Part shown: in pieces, positions 1 to 11,000 of the stretch
Numbering within the stretch: position 1 is the stretch's first letter
Layout: the number at the start of each line of letters is the position of its first letter
NCBI GenBank assembly: GCA_963674735.2
Contig: CAXXQS010000002.1
Span: 608,001-672,000, forward strand
Length of the DNA stretch: 64,000 bases
Origin: Myxococcota bacterium
GTDB lineage: Bacteria; Myxococcota_A; SURF-8
Direction: 5' to 3'
The notes under the pieces: generated by a model
What the model was told of the DNA's origin: nothing
Database searches by the model: none
The model's input: only the letters and a program-made list of their open reading frames with translations
Made by a program: the position numbers and the translations under genes

Positions 1-108
1 TGGCAGATGGAAGGCCTGTGGCTGGCCGCGGCTATCTATGTCGTCTCGCTCGGCACCATTCTGGGCTGGAAGTTCTGGCAAGGAAAATGGAAATACATTA
101 AGATTTAG
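1..108 (+). CDS. 3' end of a membrane protein, probably a MATE-family efflux transporter (partial)
   Basis: Frame 1 reads WQMEGLWLAAAIYVVSLGTILGWKFWQGKWKYIKI-TAG(106-108). The GLWLA...F..GKWK ending is typical of MATE C-termini. Truncated by the window edge. Confidence 0.55.
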   Translation, partial: WQMEGLWLAAAIYVVSLGTILGWKFWQGKWKYIKI

Positions 109-186
109 ACGCTTTGACTGACCAACGCGAGCGAATCGCAGGGCTGTGGGAGAGCGTCGGTGTCCCGTCTCATCACCTCGAACTTC

Positions 187-2217
187 ATGGCACGTATAAG
201 CGCCCTGGGCGTTTTGACGCTGATGCTGGCCGGAATCGTCTGCGGTTTCGGCCTGTGGTGGCATCCGCCCACGCGGGTCGGCGTCGCCCCGGCGGTCGTT
301 CCCCATCTCCACGTTGCGTGTGAAACCTGGGCGCAAGCCAACGGCGATTGGGACGTCACCACCCGCTCGGAAGACGATCGCCTGAGCCTGACCCTCCAAG
401 CCCTCGATCCCGCAACCGGCGAACCGACAAGCGAGCCAAGCGCCATTCATCTGAGCCTGTTTCCCGAAAGTCCGGGCGATACGCAGGCTTTCTCCGTTCG
501 GCTCGCATCCCCATCTCCCGCCCAATCCGGCTTGATCGCGGCCCTGAAGCAAGCCTTGCAAAGCCCCGACGCTCCCCCCTTATGGGTATGGGAAGACGGC
601 ACGGCCCTCCCGCGACGCCATGCCGTGTGGGCGGGTCGGCTGTTCGGAATCACCGCCGTCTGTTGGCTGCTCGTGCTGGCCGCTGGATTTCTGCTCCCCT
701 TTCGGTTGGACTTCTCACACCGCGATGCCGCGCTGGGACTGGCTCTGTGCGCATCCCTGGCCTGGATGTCGGCTTCCGCAGCGGTTCCTTTGGATATCAA
801 GCTACATTTTTTGCCCCTTGATCTTGGCCGGACGGATATCATCAGCTTTTACGGCATCGGATTCCCCGGCTTTCTCACCTGGGTCGATTGGGTGGCGGGA
901 CGTCATCCATGCTGCGTCTATGCGGCCGTGGCTCTCACCGGCATGGGGTCGCTGATCCTGCTGTACACCCTCACCGCGCGCCTGACCAACCGCCGCATCG
1001 CGGCCTGGACCGTGCTCCTGCTGAGCGTTCACCCGCTATGGCTACGCGCGCTGTTATCCGATTCGAGCCACCTGCCCGCCCTGTTCGCCACCCTCACCGC
1101 CTGCGCGTTATGGTGGCTCGGACCGCCTCGTTTTCACATCCGCCTGCTTGCCGTAGTTGCGCTGGTTCTGGCCATGTCGGTACGTCTGGAACTGCTCGTA
1201 CTGCCACTGGTATTGGGATTATTAATCTGGGTTCTGCGTAAACGGCCTTTCAAGCACCGTCCGCCCGTCTGGACGCCCGCAACCTGGTTGGCGCTGGGCT
1301 GCGGCGCGTTGTGGCTGATTCCCAACTATCTGCTGCTCGCCTCGTCTTTCCCGACCGAAAGCGGATTGGAACTCGACCCGTGGCGGACACTCGTCGCGGC
1401 CATCGGCTTCAACGACGGCAACCTGTGGTTCGACCGCGGCTTTTCACCGGCCTGGATTCCTTGGTTGACGTGGCTGGGGTTTCTGCGCTTGCTGCAAAAA
1501 AAACAGTACCGAGCGGTCCTCGCCGCCGTAGCGGCCCTGGCCCTTTTTCTAGTGCACCCCTTCACCACCCAGCGGCTGTTTCAATCGATTCATTATCAGG
1601 TTCCCCTCTGGCCGATTGCGGCACTGGTCGCAGGTTATGCGCTGGCAGAATTGCAAAGCGTGTTGGCGGCCGGGCGCAGCCGCCGCGTACAAGCGGCCAT
1701 GACCATCGCCGCCGCCGGGTTGCTCGTGGCCACACCCGCGTCGTTCGGCACGTTGCTAAGCGACACGCCCACCGCCGCCCACGGGGAAGCCGCCTTTTTG
1801 ACCCGGCAGGCTGCAAACCTCGACCCGACTCGGCCGGTCTGGAGTTGGAAAACGGATGGGGACGGTCCGCTGAAAAACCCGGATCTCTTACTCGAAGCCC
1901 TTGGTGCCATTCCTTCCGACTGGCGCTTCGGCACGCACGAGCGGCCCCTTCCCGCGCCCGAGGATCGAGCCGTCTATTATTACCGCAGCGCCGCTTGCTG
2001 GATCGATCCGTCCGTCGCCGGGCAATGCCGGACCTTCGAGCAGCGGGTCGACTTGACGCCCCTCGCCACCCAAACCATTCCGGCCCGGGCCTTCGCCCAC
2101 GAACGCTACCCGAGTGCGGAATTCGAAATCGGCTTATACCGGATCGAGGCACCCACAACCGCAGATCGGCAACCTGCCGAATACGGCACAAAAAAAGGCG
2201 GGAACAACCCGCCTTGA
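187..2217 (+). CDS. Polytopic membrane protein, GT-C (ArnT/PMT-like) glycosyltransferase-like
   Basis: N-terminal TM, soluble loop, about 11-12 hydrophobic segments with 'HPLWLRALLSDSSHLP', and a C-terminal soluble domain. Resembles 18877-21186. ATG at 187 chosen (ORF open from 160). Confidence 0.6.
   Translation: MARISALGVLTLMLAGIVCGFGLWWHPPTRVGVAPAVVPHLHVACETWAQANGDWDVTTRSEDDRLSLTLQALDPATGEPTSEPSAIHLSLFPESPGDTQAFSVRLASPSPAQSGLIAALKQALQSPDAPPLWVWEDGTALPRRHAVWAGRLFGITAVCWLLVLAAGFLLPFRLDFSHRDAALGLALCASLAWMSASAAVPLDIKLHFLPLDLGRTDIISFYGIGFPGFLTWVDWVAGRHPCCVYAAVALTGMGSLILLYTLTARLTNRRIAAWTVLLLSVHPLWLRALLSDSSHLPALFATLTACALWWLGPPRFHIRLLAVVALVLAMSVRLELLVLPLVLGLLIWVLRKRPFKHRPPVWTPATWLALGCGALWLIPNYLLLASSFPTESGLELDPWRTLVAAIGFNDGNLWFDRGFSPAWIPWLTWLGFLRLLQKKQYRAVLAAVAALALFLVHPFTTQRLFQSIHYQVPLWPIAALVAGYALAELQSVLAAGRSRRVQAAMTIAAAGLLVATPASFGTLLSDTPTAAHGEAAFLTRQAANLDPTRPVWSWKTDGDGPLKNPDLLLEALGAIPSDWRFGTHERPLPAPEDRAVYYYRSAACWIDPSVAGQCRTFEQRVDLTPLATQTIPARAFAHERYPSAEFEIGLYRIEAPTTADRQPAEYGTKKGGNNPP
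2190..2215 (-). terminator. Intrinsic terminator for the purM transcript, overlapping the 3' end of the convergent gene
   Basis: AAGGCGGG-AACAA-CCCGCCTT stem preceded by an A7 run on + (U-tract on -). Confidence 0.7.
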
Positions 2218-2237
2218 TTGCGTTTTTTCAGCCGGAT

Positions 2238-3278
2238 TTACTCAATGATTACATGCGGGGCCTCGTCGCTTTCGTGAATCCGGCCGATGCGCACCAGCTC
2301 TTCCCCGTGCTGCGCCGCCAGCGCCTGCAAGGGTTCCACATCGGCTTCGGCGACCACCGCCACCATACCGATTCCCATATTGAACGTCCGATACATTTCG
2401 CGTTCTTCCACCGGACCATGGGTCATCAAGAACGAGAAAATCGGAAGGACCGGAACGGCGGCGCGTTCGATCACGGCATACGTGCGGTCGGGCAGAACCC
2501 GTGGAATGTTGTCGAAGAAGCCCCCGCCGGTGATATGCGCCAAGGCTTTCACCTTGCCGGTACGCACCATGTCGAGAATCGGCTTGACGTAGATCTTGGT
2601 GGGATTGAGCAGCACATCGGCCACCGTTCCCCCCAATTCGCGGATTTCGCTCTCGGGACTCAATCCCAGATTGTCGAACAGGATCTTGCGTGCGAGTGAG
2701 TAACCGTTGGAGTGCAGGCCGTTGGAAGGCATCCCCAGCACCACGTCACCGGGCGTCACCCGACGCCCATCCACGATGTCGTCTTCATCGACGATTCCCA
2801 CCGAAAAGCCCGCCAGATCGTATTCGCCGGTCTTGTAAAAGCCCGGCAATTCGGCGGTTTCGCCACCAATCAAAGCGCAGCCGGCCTGACGGCAGCCCTC
2901 GGCGATCCCCTTCACCACCTGGGCGGCGTCTTCGGCCTTGAGCTTGCCGCAAGCGTAATAGTCGAGGAAAAACAACGGCTCGGCCCCCTGCACCACCAGA
3001 TCGTTTACCGACATGGCCACCAGGTCGATGCCGATAGTGTCGTGGCGATTCGCCCAAAAAGCGACTTTCAGCTTGGTGCCCACCCCATCGGTTCCCGACA
3101 CCAGAACCGGCCGCTTGTAGCGCGACAGGTCGGGACGGAAAAGCGCACCGAAGCCACCGATATCCGTAGATACTTCGGGCCGATAGGTGGCTTTCACCAT
3201 GGGTTTGATCATCTCCACCATGCGGGTGGCTTCATCGATATCCACCCCTGCTTCGCGGTATGTGGCTTTTTTGTCCAT
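2238..3278 (-). CDS. purM: Phosphoribosylformylglycinamidine cyclo-ligase (AIR synthetase)
   Basis: TYREAGVDID, GGFGALF, SGTDGVGTKL, GGETAELPG, SNGLHSNGYSL, AHITGGG and TFNMGIG motifs. AGGAGG RBS before ATG 3278. Confidence 0.97.
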   Translation of the reverse strand: MDKKATYREAGVDIDEATRMVEMIKPMVKATYRPEVSTDIGGFGALFRPDLSRYKRPVLVSGTDGVGTKLKVAFWANRHDTIGIDLVAMSVNDLVVQGAEPLFFLDYYACGKLKAEDAAQVVKGIAEGCRQAGCALIGGETAELPGFYKTGEYDLAGFSVGIVDEDDIVDGRRVTPGDVVLGMPSNGLHSNGYSLARKILFDNLGLSPESEIRELGGTVADVLLNPTKIYVKPILDMVRTGKVKALAHITGGGFFDNIPRVLPDRTYAVIERAAVPVLPIFSFLMTHGPVEEREMYRTFNMGIGMVAVVAEADVEPLQALAAQHGEELVRIGRIHESDEAPHVIIE

Positions 3279-3377
3279 CGTTATCCTCCTGATATGCGGT
3301 CGCACCCTAGCGGATTTTGTCCCGGCTGTCAACGCTACACGTACGATCGCGGCAAGCTTTCACACGCTTGGAGGATA

Positions 3378-4193
3378 TCAGGTTCCCGTGCTTTCGTAAC
3401 GCGACAACCCCACTTGGAAAAGCGTGATCCCCGCCGCCAGCGCTCCACCGGCGACCAACAGGGAAATCAGCAACACGCGCCAGGCCAGCGGCCCGTGTTC
3501 GAGCACCCATACGGCGGGATAGAAGGCGGTGAAGGCGAATGGAACCACGTAGGAAAACAGCAGACGGATACCCAGCGGGTAAACGGTGATCGGGTAACGC
3601 GAAACATCGCTCAGCGAAAACAAGGGCATGAGCATCCCGCCACGGTCGGGCATCCAAAAGGAAACCGAGGCTAAAAGAAGGAAAATCCCGAGATAAACCG
3701 CCGTCCCGATCAAAAACGCCAGCAATAGCGCTCCGACGGTGGCGAGCGTGAACGGCAGATCCATCTGCCACCAGGCCCAACCGATCAACGCCCCGCCCTT
3801 GAGTAAAATCACGGCGTCGAACATGTCGAGGTTTTCCATCATGAGCTGCATCAACGGCGAAATGGGCCGCACCAGCAAGCGGTCGAGGTGACCATCCACG
3901 ATGTAGTATTCCGATAGACGTGTGACCATGTGGAAGAAGAAAATGGCAAACAGCCCGAAGCAGAATTCCCCCATCCCATACAGAAAGATCAACTGCGGAA
4001 AGGTCCAGCCCGCAATGTCGGGCACTTTTTGTAAAAGCACCCACAAAAAGGTGATGTTAAGCATTCCGTAGGCGAGCGTGCCGATGAGGTTGACGAAAAA
4101 GTCCCAGGGATAGGCCAGTTTCACCTTGAGGTTCTGCAACGCATAGGCGGCGTAGATGCGAATGTGAAAACCCAAACGGGCGCTGAGCCCCAT
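3378..4193 (-). CDS. ABC-2 family transporter permease (DUF990-type)
   Basis: About 6 TM segments, 'IAGWTFPQLIFLYG', 'GHLDRLLVRPISP', 'YPITVYP', C-terminal 'RYESTG'. GGAG RBS overlaps the upstream stop. The ORF-track N-extension overlaps the photolyase and is discarded. Confidence 0.85.
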   Translation of the reverse strand: MGLSARLGFHIRIYAAYALQNLKVKLAYPWDFFVNLIGTLAYGMLNITFLWVLLQKVPDIAGWTFPQLIFLYGMGEFCFGLFAIFFFHMVTRLSEYYIVDGHLDRLLVRPISPLMQLMMENLDMFDAVILLKGGALIGWAWWQMDLPFTLATVGALLLAFLIGTAVYLGIFLLLASVSFWMPDRGGMLMPLFSLSDVSRYPITVYPLGIRLLFSYVVPFAFTAFYPAVWVLEHGPLAWRVLLISLLVAGGALAAGITLFQVGLSRYESTGT

Positions 4194-4198
4194 ACTCC

Positions 4199-5575
4199 CT
4201 ACCTCATGTGTGTTTCGTTTTCGAGCGTCGCAATGCGGCGGACATAAGCATCGGCGTCGAACTTGCGGCGCAGACCCTTGTCGTTCATATAGCGGATCTT
4301 GCCGAAGACGGGCCGCTCGGCCCAGGCCCGGTCGTGCAGACCGAAACACCAGGCTACTCCGGTATAACCGTTCGGGTCGCGTCCGTCCAGTTCGTATTTG
4401 TCGTTGAGATACAGCGCAATCTCGAAAGCCCGTTCCGGCGAGCGCGACCATTCGAGGATTTTCTTGCCCCAGTACATGCGCATGTAGCCGTGCATCTTGC
4501 CACTGCGCACCATTTCGAGCTGGGCGGCGTTGAAATACGGATCGTGGGTGCGCCCCGCCTCCCAGTCCGCGAGCGAATAGGCATGTGTACGCGGGTCGCG
4601 GGCATGCTGCGCGAGGGTGAGTCGCGCCCAATCGGGCAGGGCGGAATAGCGGTCGTAGTCGGGAGTGAAATGAACGAAGTTCATGGCCAGTTCACGCCGT
4701 ACCACCAGTTCCTCCAAAAACGCCTGCGCCCCGTCGCCGCCCCGTTCGGCCGCCCATAGCGCGGCCTGCAAGGCGCTGATCTGTCCGAAATGCAAATAAG
4801 GGCTCAAGCCCGACAACGCATCGGCGTTGGGGTCGTTGCGCCGCTCGGCATAGTCGGCCAGCCCTTCGTCCATGAATTGCCGCAGCCGCTTTTGCGCCGC
4901 GCGTTCGCCCCCGCGCCACTTCGCCACCGGCGACACCGAATCGTCCAATGCGAGCACCGCCAGAAAGGCTTCGGGCTCGACCGGCAGCATCGGACGCGGT
5001 GCAGCCAGTCCCAGCCCGTCCTTCTTCGGCCGCAACGGCTTCACCGGACGCATGAAACGCGGCAGGTTGCGATGAATTTTACGACGCAGGGTGTAAGCGG
5101 CATACTCGCGTTTTTCGCTGGCGACTTCCAGTGGCACCACCACATCGCTTTCGACCTGGATGAGCGGACAATTCAACGCCACCGCCGCCTTCGCCCGCCA
5201 GGTTTTCTGTATCCGGGTATAGCCGCAATCGGTCACCACCAGGGCCGCTTCGCGGGCCGCCGCAAGCACCGCACGTTCGGGGGAACCTGCCACCACCCAC
5301 AAGGGAATACCCAGCTTTTCAAGCCCGGCCTGCACATCCGCCAGGCCCTCGGCCATAAATGCGTAATGCCGCCGATTCGCTCCCGGATAGCGGTCCGTGA
5401 TCCCGACCAACACCGCCACGGGCAAACCACGCAGATTGGCCAGTTCGACGGCGTGAGTCAGGGCATGGTTGAAGGCCACCCGCTGGGCCTGCTGCATCCA
5501 CACCAACACGAAACGTCCCGGTTGCTCGGCTTCGCGATTGAGAACTTGAATGCGTTCCAGTTGGACACCCGACAC
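4199..5575 (-). CDS. phrB: Deoxyribodipyrimidine photolyase, class II CPD type
   Basis: WMQQAQR..NHAL, LSGLSPYLHFGQIS, FLEELVVRRELA, MHGYMRMYWGKKILEW and DGRDPNGYTG are class II signatures. GTG start at 5575 inferred. Confidence 0.93.
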   Translation of the reverse strand: MSGVQLERIQVLNREAEQPGRFVLVWMQQAQRVAFNHALTHAVELANLRGLPVAVLVGITDRYPGANRRHYAFMAEGLADVQAGLEKLGIPLWVVAGSPERAVLAAAREAALVVTDCGYTRIQKTWRAKAAVALNCPLIQVESDVVVPLEVASEKREYAAYTLRRKIHRNLPRFMRPVKPLRPKKDGLGLAAPRPMLPVEPEAFLAVLALDDSVSPVAKWRGGERAAQKRLRQFMDEGLADYAERRNDPNADALSGLSPYLHFGQISALQAALWAAERGGDGAQAFLEELVVRRELAMNFVHFTPDYDRYSALPDWARLTLAQHARDPRTHAYSLADWEAGRTHDPYFNAAQLEMVRSGKMHGYMRMYWGKKILEWSRSPERAFEIALYLNDKYELDGRDPNGYTGVAWCFGLHDRAWAERPVFGKIRYMNDKGLRRKFDADAYVRRIATLENETHMR

Positions 5576-5583
5576 GTCGCGCC

Positions 5584-6060
5584 TCAACCGTTCGTCGGCG
5601 GCCAGACGCCGAAACGCTCTGCCAATATCGCTCGGCGATATGCAAAAACATCGTTGAGCTGGCGTGCAACAAACAGGCTGTGGACCCAGTCTCCCAATGG
5701 CCAGAACGGCATGACATAGTCTACCGTATCCTCCATCCAGACTCCGCCGTCGATCGCGGCAAAGCGGTGCACGTGGTGCCACATGCGATAGGGGCCGAAA
5801 CGCTGCTCGTCTACGAAATATTCGCGTTCGCAAAGATCGGTGATTTCCGTCACCCAAGTGAGCGGAATCCCGAACAGCGGAGTGACGGTATAGGTGATGA
5901 TTGTTCCGGGTGATACACGCTCGGGAATCGAGTTGGTGATGCGAAAGCCCATTTCATCCGGCGTTATCTCGGCCAAATTGCGCGGATCGCTGAAAAAATC
6001 CCAGGCTTCATCGAGGTCGATGGGCAAACGCTGAGTGTGGTGCAATCGGTGAACCCGCAT
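5584..6060 (-). CDS. SRPBCC family protein
   Basis: 'WDFFSDPRNLAEITP', 'WVTEIT', 'FVDEQRFGPYRMWHHVHRF', 'FAYR'. Confidence 0.88.
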   Translation of the reverse strand: MRVHRLHHTQRLPIDLDEAWDFFSDPRNLAEITPDEMGFRITNSIPERVSPGTIITYTVTPLFGIPLTWVTEITDLCEREYFVDEQRFGPYRMWHHVHRFAAIDGGVWMEDTVDYVMPFWPLGDWVHSLFVARQLNDVFAYRRAILAERFGVWPPTNG

Positions 6061-6085
6061 GGGTATCCCTTTCTCATGACGGTGG

Positions 6086-7060
6086 TTAGGCGTAGCTCCG
6101 ACCTTTACCCGAATCGTGGATGTCCGTTAAATCGAGGGGATAAGGCTCGAAAAAACTCTGCTGAGCCAGGTAGTCCGAATTATCGCGCAAAATCCAGGAG
6201 CGCAGCAGGCTGTTGACGGCGCTCAGGGGAAGTTTTTCGCTGCGATACTGCTCCAGCAATTCGAGGAAATGAGCTTTCTCGGGGGCCGACAAAACGGTCT
6301 TGAAATACCCGAGGGCATGCATCAGAACATTGACCACCGACCCCCGCTTGAGCGGCTGCGCCAGAGCCTGGCGCAGATGGGTTTCATAGTCGGCGATCAA
6401 CTCCGCCGCCGGACACCCGTCCGCATTCGCCGTCATCTTCCCCATCGCCCTTAGTTCTTTCTGATTGAAGGCCATCAACAACAGCTTATGCCGAGAGTGA
6501 AAATCCACCAACTTCGCCATTTTGCCCGCCGCGCGAACGCGGCGAAAATCGGCCAGGGTGAAAATGCGGGTGAGGAAACGTTCACGCAGGGTGAAATTGG
6601 TCAGACGTCCCTCGTCCTCCACCGCATCGGCCTCGAAACGCTCCACCACCGCCCCGCCCAAAAATCCGCGCGTTTTCTGGCTGGCGGCTTTCTTCGAGTC
6701 GGGTCCGGGATAGAGTTTGACGTCGCGCGGGCCGCAGGAGGGGGAACGGTGTTTCAGGATAAACCCATCCACATCCGGCAGCGACGACAGCACACCCGCA
6801 ACAAAGTGCTCCATGTCTTCCGTGTAATCCCGTCCGCTGGAAGGTTGATAGAGCTTGCGTTGGCCGTCTTCTTCGATGATACGAATCGGATCGCGCGGCA
6901 CCCCGAGTCCGATTTCCTTTTCCGGACAGTGAACGACGAAATTCACGTAGCCGTTCAAACGCTCGACCACCTCGGAATGAATCGTCATGCCGTTCCAGCG
7001 GCAGGCCTCGAAACCCAGGCAAGCACTCGCAAAAACGGTCGGTTTGGCAAAAGATCGCAT
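6086..7060 (-). CDS. DUF523+DUF1722 protein (YbgA / TudS-RudS-like Fe-S desulfidase)
   Basis: SACL..CRW, CPE.EIGLGVPR, LKHRSPSCG and EDEGRL (DUF523); FHSRHKLLLMA, NVLMHALGYFK and YLAQQSFFEPYP (DUF1722). GGAGGAGG RBS. Confidence 0.9.
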   Translation of the reverse strand: MRSFAKPTVFASACLGFEACRWNGMTIHSEVVERLNGYVNFVVHCPEKEIGLGVPRDPIRIIEEDGQRKLYQPSSGRDYTEDMEHFVAGVLSSLPDVDGFILKHRSPSCGPRDVKLYPGPDSKKAASQKTRGFLGGAVVERFEADAVEDEGRLTNFTLRERFLTRIFTLADFRRVRAAGKMAKLVDFHSRHKLLLMAFNQKELRAMGKMTANADGCPAAELIADYETHLRQALAQPLKRGSVVNVLMHALGYFKTVLSAPEKAHFLELLEQYRSEKLPLSAVNSLLRSWILRDNSDYLAQQSFFEPYPLDLTDIHDSGKGRSYA

Positions 7061-7140
7061 ACCCTCCTCCCCCTTCGTTTTCGTGATCAACACAAATTAT
7101 TCTCTCCGATCCGCTCCTCGGAAATTCGGGTGGACACCCG

Positions 7141-7746
7141 TCAATTCCAGCGACCCCATCCGGGTTCGAGTCCGGCACAGCCCGTACAACGAATCCGGTT
7201 GTCGACCACCCACAGATCTTGTATGTCCGCGCACCCTTGACATACATCGCAACACAAGCCGTCCTGCGCGTCCGGCGTTTGTTTCGCCAACGGTTGGCAG
7301 CGCTGCGTCTGCACCTCGAAAACATCGTCGATGGGCGCGCTGAGGATTCCCTTGATCAACCCCGACAGGCGGTTGTGATAAGCCGCGATATCGAAAGGAC
7401 TTTTTTGGTTGAGACGCCGTTCCAGCAGCACGGCGTCCGGGGGTAAATCGCGATAATCCTCCTGAATCACCACGCGAGTCAGCCGCCCGCCGCGCGGATC
7501 GTATGCCAGCAGATCCCACTCGGGATCGCCGCCGGAGGCGGTCACTTCTCCCGGAATGGCCCCGGCCCCGCTCATGGATGCGAGTGCAAAGTGGGCATCC
7601 GGCCAGCCGTCCACAACAATGCGCAATTGCGATAAATCCTGAAAAATTTCGCGTAGATAAGATCCGATACGCCAACCGATAGCCAGTTCGGGGCTCAAGT
7701 GGCCGTGGCGCTGAGACAATAAATGCAACTCAATGGGAACCAGCAT
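7141..7746 (-). CDS. FmdE-family protein with C-terminal zinc finger
   Basis: N-terminal HGHLSPELAIGWRIG (family HGHxCPG motif), 'IL.AP.DDVFEV', C-terminal CDVC...CTGC. GAGGAG RBS. Confidence 0.7.
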   Translation of the reverse strand: MLVPIELHLLSQRHGHLSPELAIGWRIGSYLREIFQDLSQLRIVVDGWPDAHFALASMSGAGAIPGEVTASGGDPEWDLLAYDPRGGRLTRVVIQEDYRDLPPDAVLLERRLNQKSPFDIAAYHNRLSGLIKGILSAPIDDVFEVQTQRCQPLAKQTPDAQDGLCCDVCQGCADIQDLWVVDNRIRCTGCAGLEPGWGRWN

Positions 7747-8003
7747 ACTCACTCCTCAGTGGGTCGCCCGATCAACCGATAAGCCCACTTGCCCATCGGA
7801 CATGGAACCACCCATGAGGATAGAGCCCTTTAACCCTTTCTGCACTCCCAAAAAAAATGGGCTTAAAAATCGACGCGGCGGGTTTTTCATTGCAAGCCGT
7901 CGGGAAACGATTCGCACTTGATTCGCCATGAAGACCTGTGGTAAACATAAAGTGTCAGAAACTCTGACTATTCAATAACTTTGTTCCCACCAACCGATGA
8001 GGT

Positions 8004-11000
8004 ATGGCGATGACAACGCGGGGGTCCCTGCTGGCAGGGCTATTGGGATTGATGGTAGTGGTGTTTGCAATCGGATGCGATTCGGGCTCGGCCGGGACGT
8101 CGGTGGATGGCGACCTGCCCGGAGATCCGGCCTGCGACTGTCCCTACGGCTGCGACGATCTGGGCGAATGTCTACCCGGACCCTGCGAAACCAGCACCGA
8201 TTGTCCGCCGGGACAGATTTGCGACGGGGGCTATTGCCAAAACGCCGGTGAAACCGACGGCGACGAGGACACCCCGAACGACGGCGACCTGGACGGCAAG
8301 CCGAATGAAACCGACGGCGACCTGAGCGAGGCCGAAGCGGACGGCGATATCGATCTGGAATTTGAAACCGACGTTCCCCACGACGAAAACAACCCCTGGA
8401 TCGTCGTCGACCCGTTGCGCATCGATTTCGGCGCGGTACCGCTGCACAGCACCCGCGACCGCGACCTCACCATCTCGAATATCGGCGCCCAAGATCTGGT
8501 CGTGGATGAAATCTACTATTGGTACGAACCCAACGAGCCGGTACAGGAACTCAGCCTGACCCACGACGCCCTGCCCATCACCTTGGCCAGCGGCGATCAG
8601 GCCCTCGTCACACTGCTCTTCGAATCGCAGGACATCATTCCCGATGAAGACATGTTGATCATCCATTCCAACGACCCCTCCGAACCCAACGTGGGTATCC
8701 CGGTGACAACCGACATCAAAGCCAGTGCCGCCATCGAAGTGAATCCGTTGGAGGTGGCCTTCGGCACCGTGCGCCTAGGTCATTACGAAGAGACCGTCAC
8801 CCTGCGCAACCTGGGCGGGCTGGCGGTTCTGATCGCGCAGCTTGAGCTCGACAGCCAAAGCGACGAAATCACCGTCGACGGCATTCCGGCCGGGATCGGC
8901 GCGACCACACCTTACAGTCTGGACCCCGGCGCCAACCTGGCCCTCACCGTCAACTACGACCCGGTCGTCAACGACGGGGTGGAAGATACGGGCACCCTGC
9001 ACATCGAAACCAACGATGTCGAGAACCCGCGCTTCACCGTTCCCATCAGCGGTACGCCGTGTCAGCCGGAAATCGACGTTCTGCCCACCATCCTCGATTA
9101 TTCGAGCGTGAACCTGGGTGACAGCGCCACCGAATGCTTTACCCTGGAAAACAGCGGCTGCGGACTTCTGGCCGTTTCCAGCATCGCCATCACCGAAGAT
9201 GCCGGAGGCGCTTACGTCTGGCAGGCCGCCCCCACCGCCCCCGAAGACATCCCGGCGGGTGAATCGCGCGAATACTGCGTTACCTTCACGCCCGACAGCC
9301 CCGACACCGGCAACGGTATGGTGACCATCGAAAGCGATGACGACGACGAACCCACGGTGGAGATTCCGCTCTCCAGCGAAGTGGTGCCGCCCAATATTTC
9401 CTGCACCCCGGACGAGCTGCTTTACGGCCAGGTGGCCATCGGCAGTCCGCAGACCTTGAGCGTCACCTGCACCGCCACCACCAGCGCCCCCATCGAAATC
9501 GGCGACCTGGTCATCGACCCGCCGCCGGGCGTCTTCGCCATCACCAATACGCCCGCCACTACGCTGAATCTGGGCGACGAGAGCATCATCGAGATCACCT
9601 ACGACCCGACAACCGAGACGGCCGACGCGGCCACCCTCACCATTCCATCGAACGACCCGGATAACGGCAGCATCGATGTCCCGCTATCGGGTTCGGGCTA
9701 CATTCCCAACGACTGCCCGGTGGCGTTGATCAGCATCGCCGAGCCGCCGGAAGACCAGATCGAGCAATATGTCACCGTCACTCTGAACGGCGCGGGTTCG
9801 AGCGACCCCGATCCGGGCGATTCCATCGCCGAATACATTTGGACGGTCCTCTCGCGCCCTCCGGGCTCCACCAGTCCCCTCACCAGTCAGGGCGACGTGC
9901 GTCCGACCCTCTACATGGACGTGGCGGGCGACTACGTCGTCGAGCTGCAAGTGCGCGATACCCTGGGACTGCTGAGCTGCGTGGCCGACCAGATCACCAT
10001 CACCGCCGCCCAGCCTTCACCCGACATCCATTGCGAGCCGCTGGCCCTCAATTACGGCGAAGTGGCCATCGGCAGCACCTTTGCCAAAACGCTTTCCTGC
10101 CGCAACGACGGCTTCGGTCCGCTGGCCATCAGCCAATATGAGATGGTCTCGCCCGCCGCCGGGGTGTTCAGCATCACCAACACGCCCAAAACGACGTTGG
10201 CCTATTCGGAATCCACCCTGATTCAGATCACTTATGCCCCGCAACAAGTGGGCGAAGATCTGGGCACGCTGCGCATTCATTCCGACGATCCGGACGAGCC
10301 GCTGGTGGAAGTGTCCCTGCGCGGCGGCACCTACGCGCCCAACACCTGCCCGGTAGCCGACTTCGTCCTGCTGGAGCCGCCCATCGATGAAATCTTCGTG
10401 GGCGACCGCGTCAAACTGGACGCCTCGGGCTCCTACGATCCCGACGCAGGCGATTCCATCTATCAGTACATCTGGTCTTTCGATTCCAAACCGGCCGCCT
10501 CGCAAACCGAGATCCGCCCCTTCGGCTACCCGAAACCCAGTTTCTACGTCGATCAGCCGGGCACCTACGTCGTCAAACTGATCGTTACCGATACCTTCTA
10601 CGAGCCGAGCTGCCAGGCGGCCACGCTGACCTTGGTGGCGACCCTGCCGCCTGCCGACATCGTATGCTCGCCCATGGTCGTCAACTACGGCGTCCTGGCC
10701 ATCGGCGACACCCAGACGCAAACCGTCGTCTGCGAGAACGTGGGTCGCGGCCTGCTGCATATCAGCTCCTACCTGGTGGACACGCCCACGGCGGGCCTGT
10801 TCAGCGTCGTCAACACGCCGGTCATGGCGGTGCCCCCCGGCGACTTCACCACCTTCGAAGTCCGCTATGCTCCCACGACGCCCGACAGCTCGAACGGGGC
10901 GCTCACGATCCAATCCAACGATCCGGCCGAGCCCGAAGTGGCCATCGACCTGATCGGCAACAGCTACGATCCCAATAACTGTCCTACGGCCGTCATCGGT

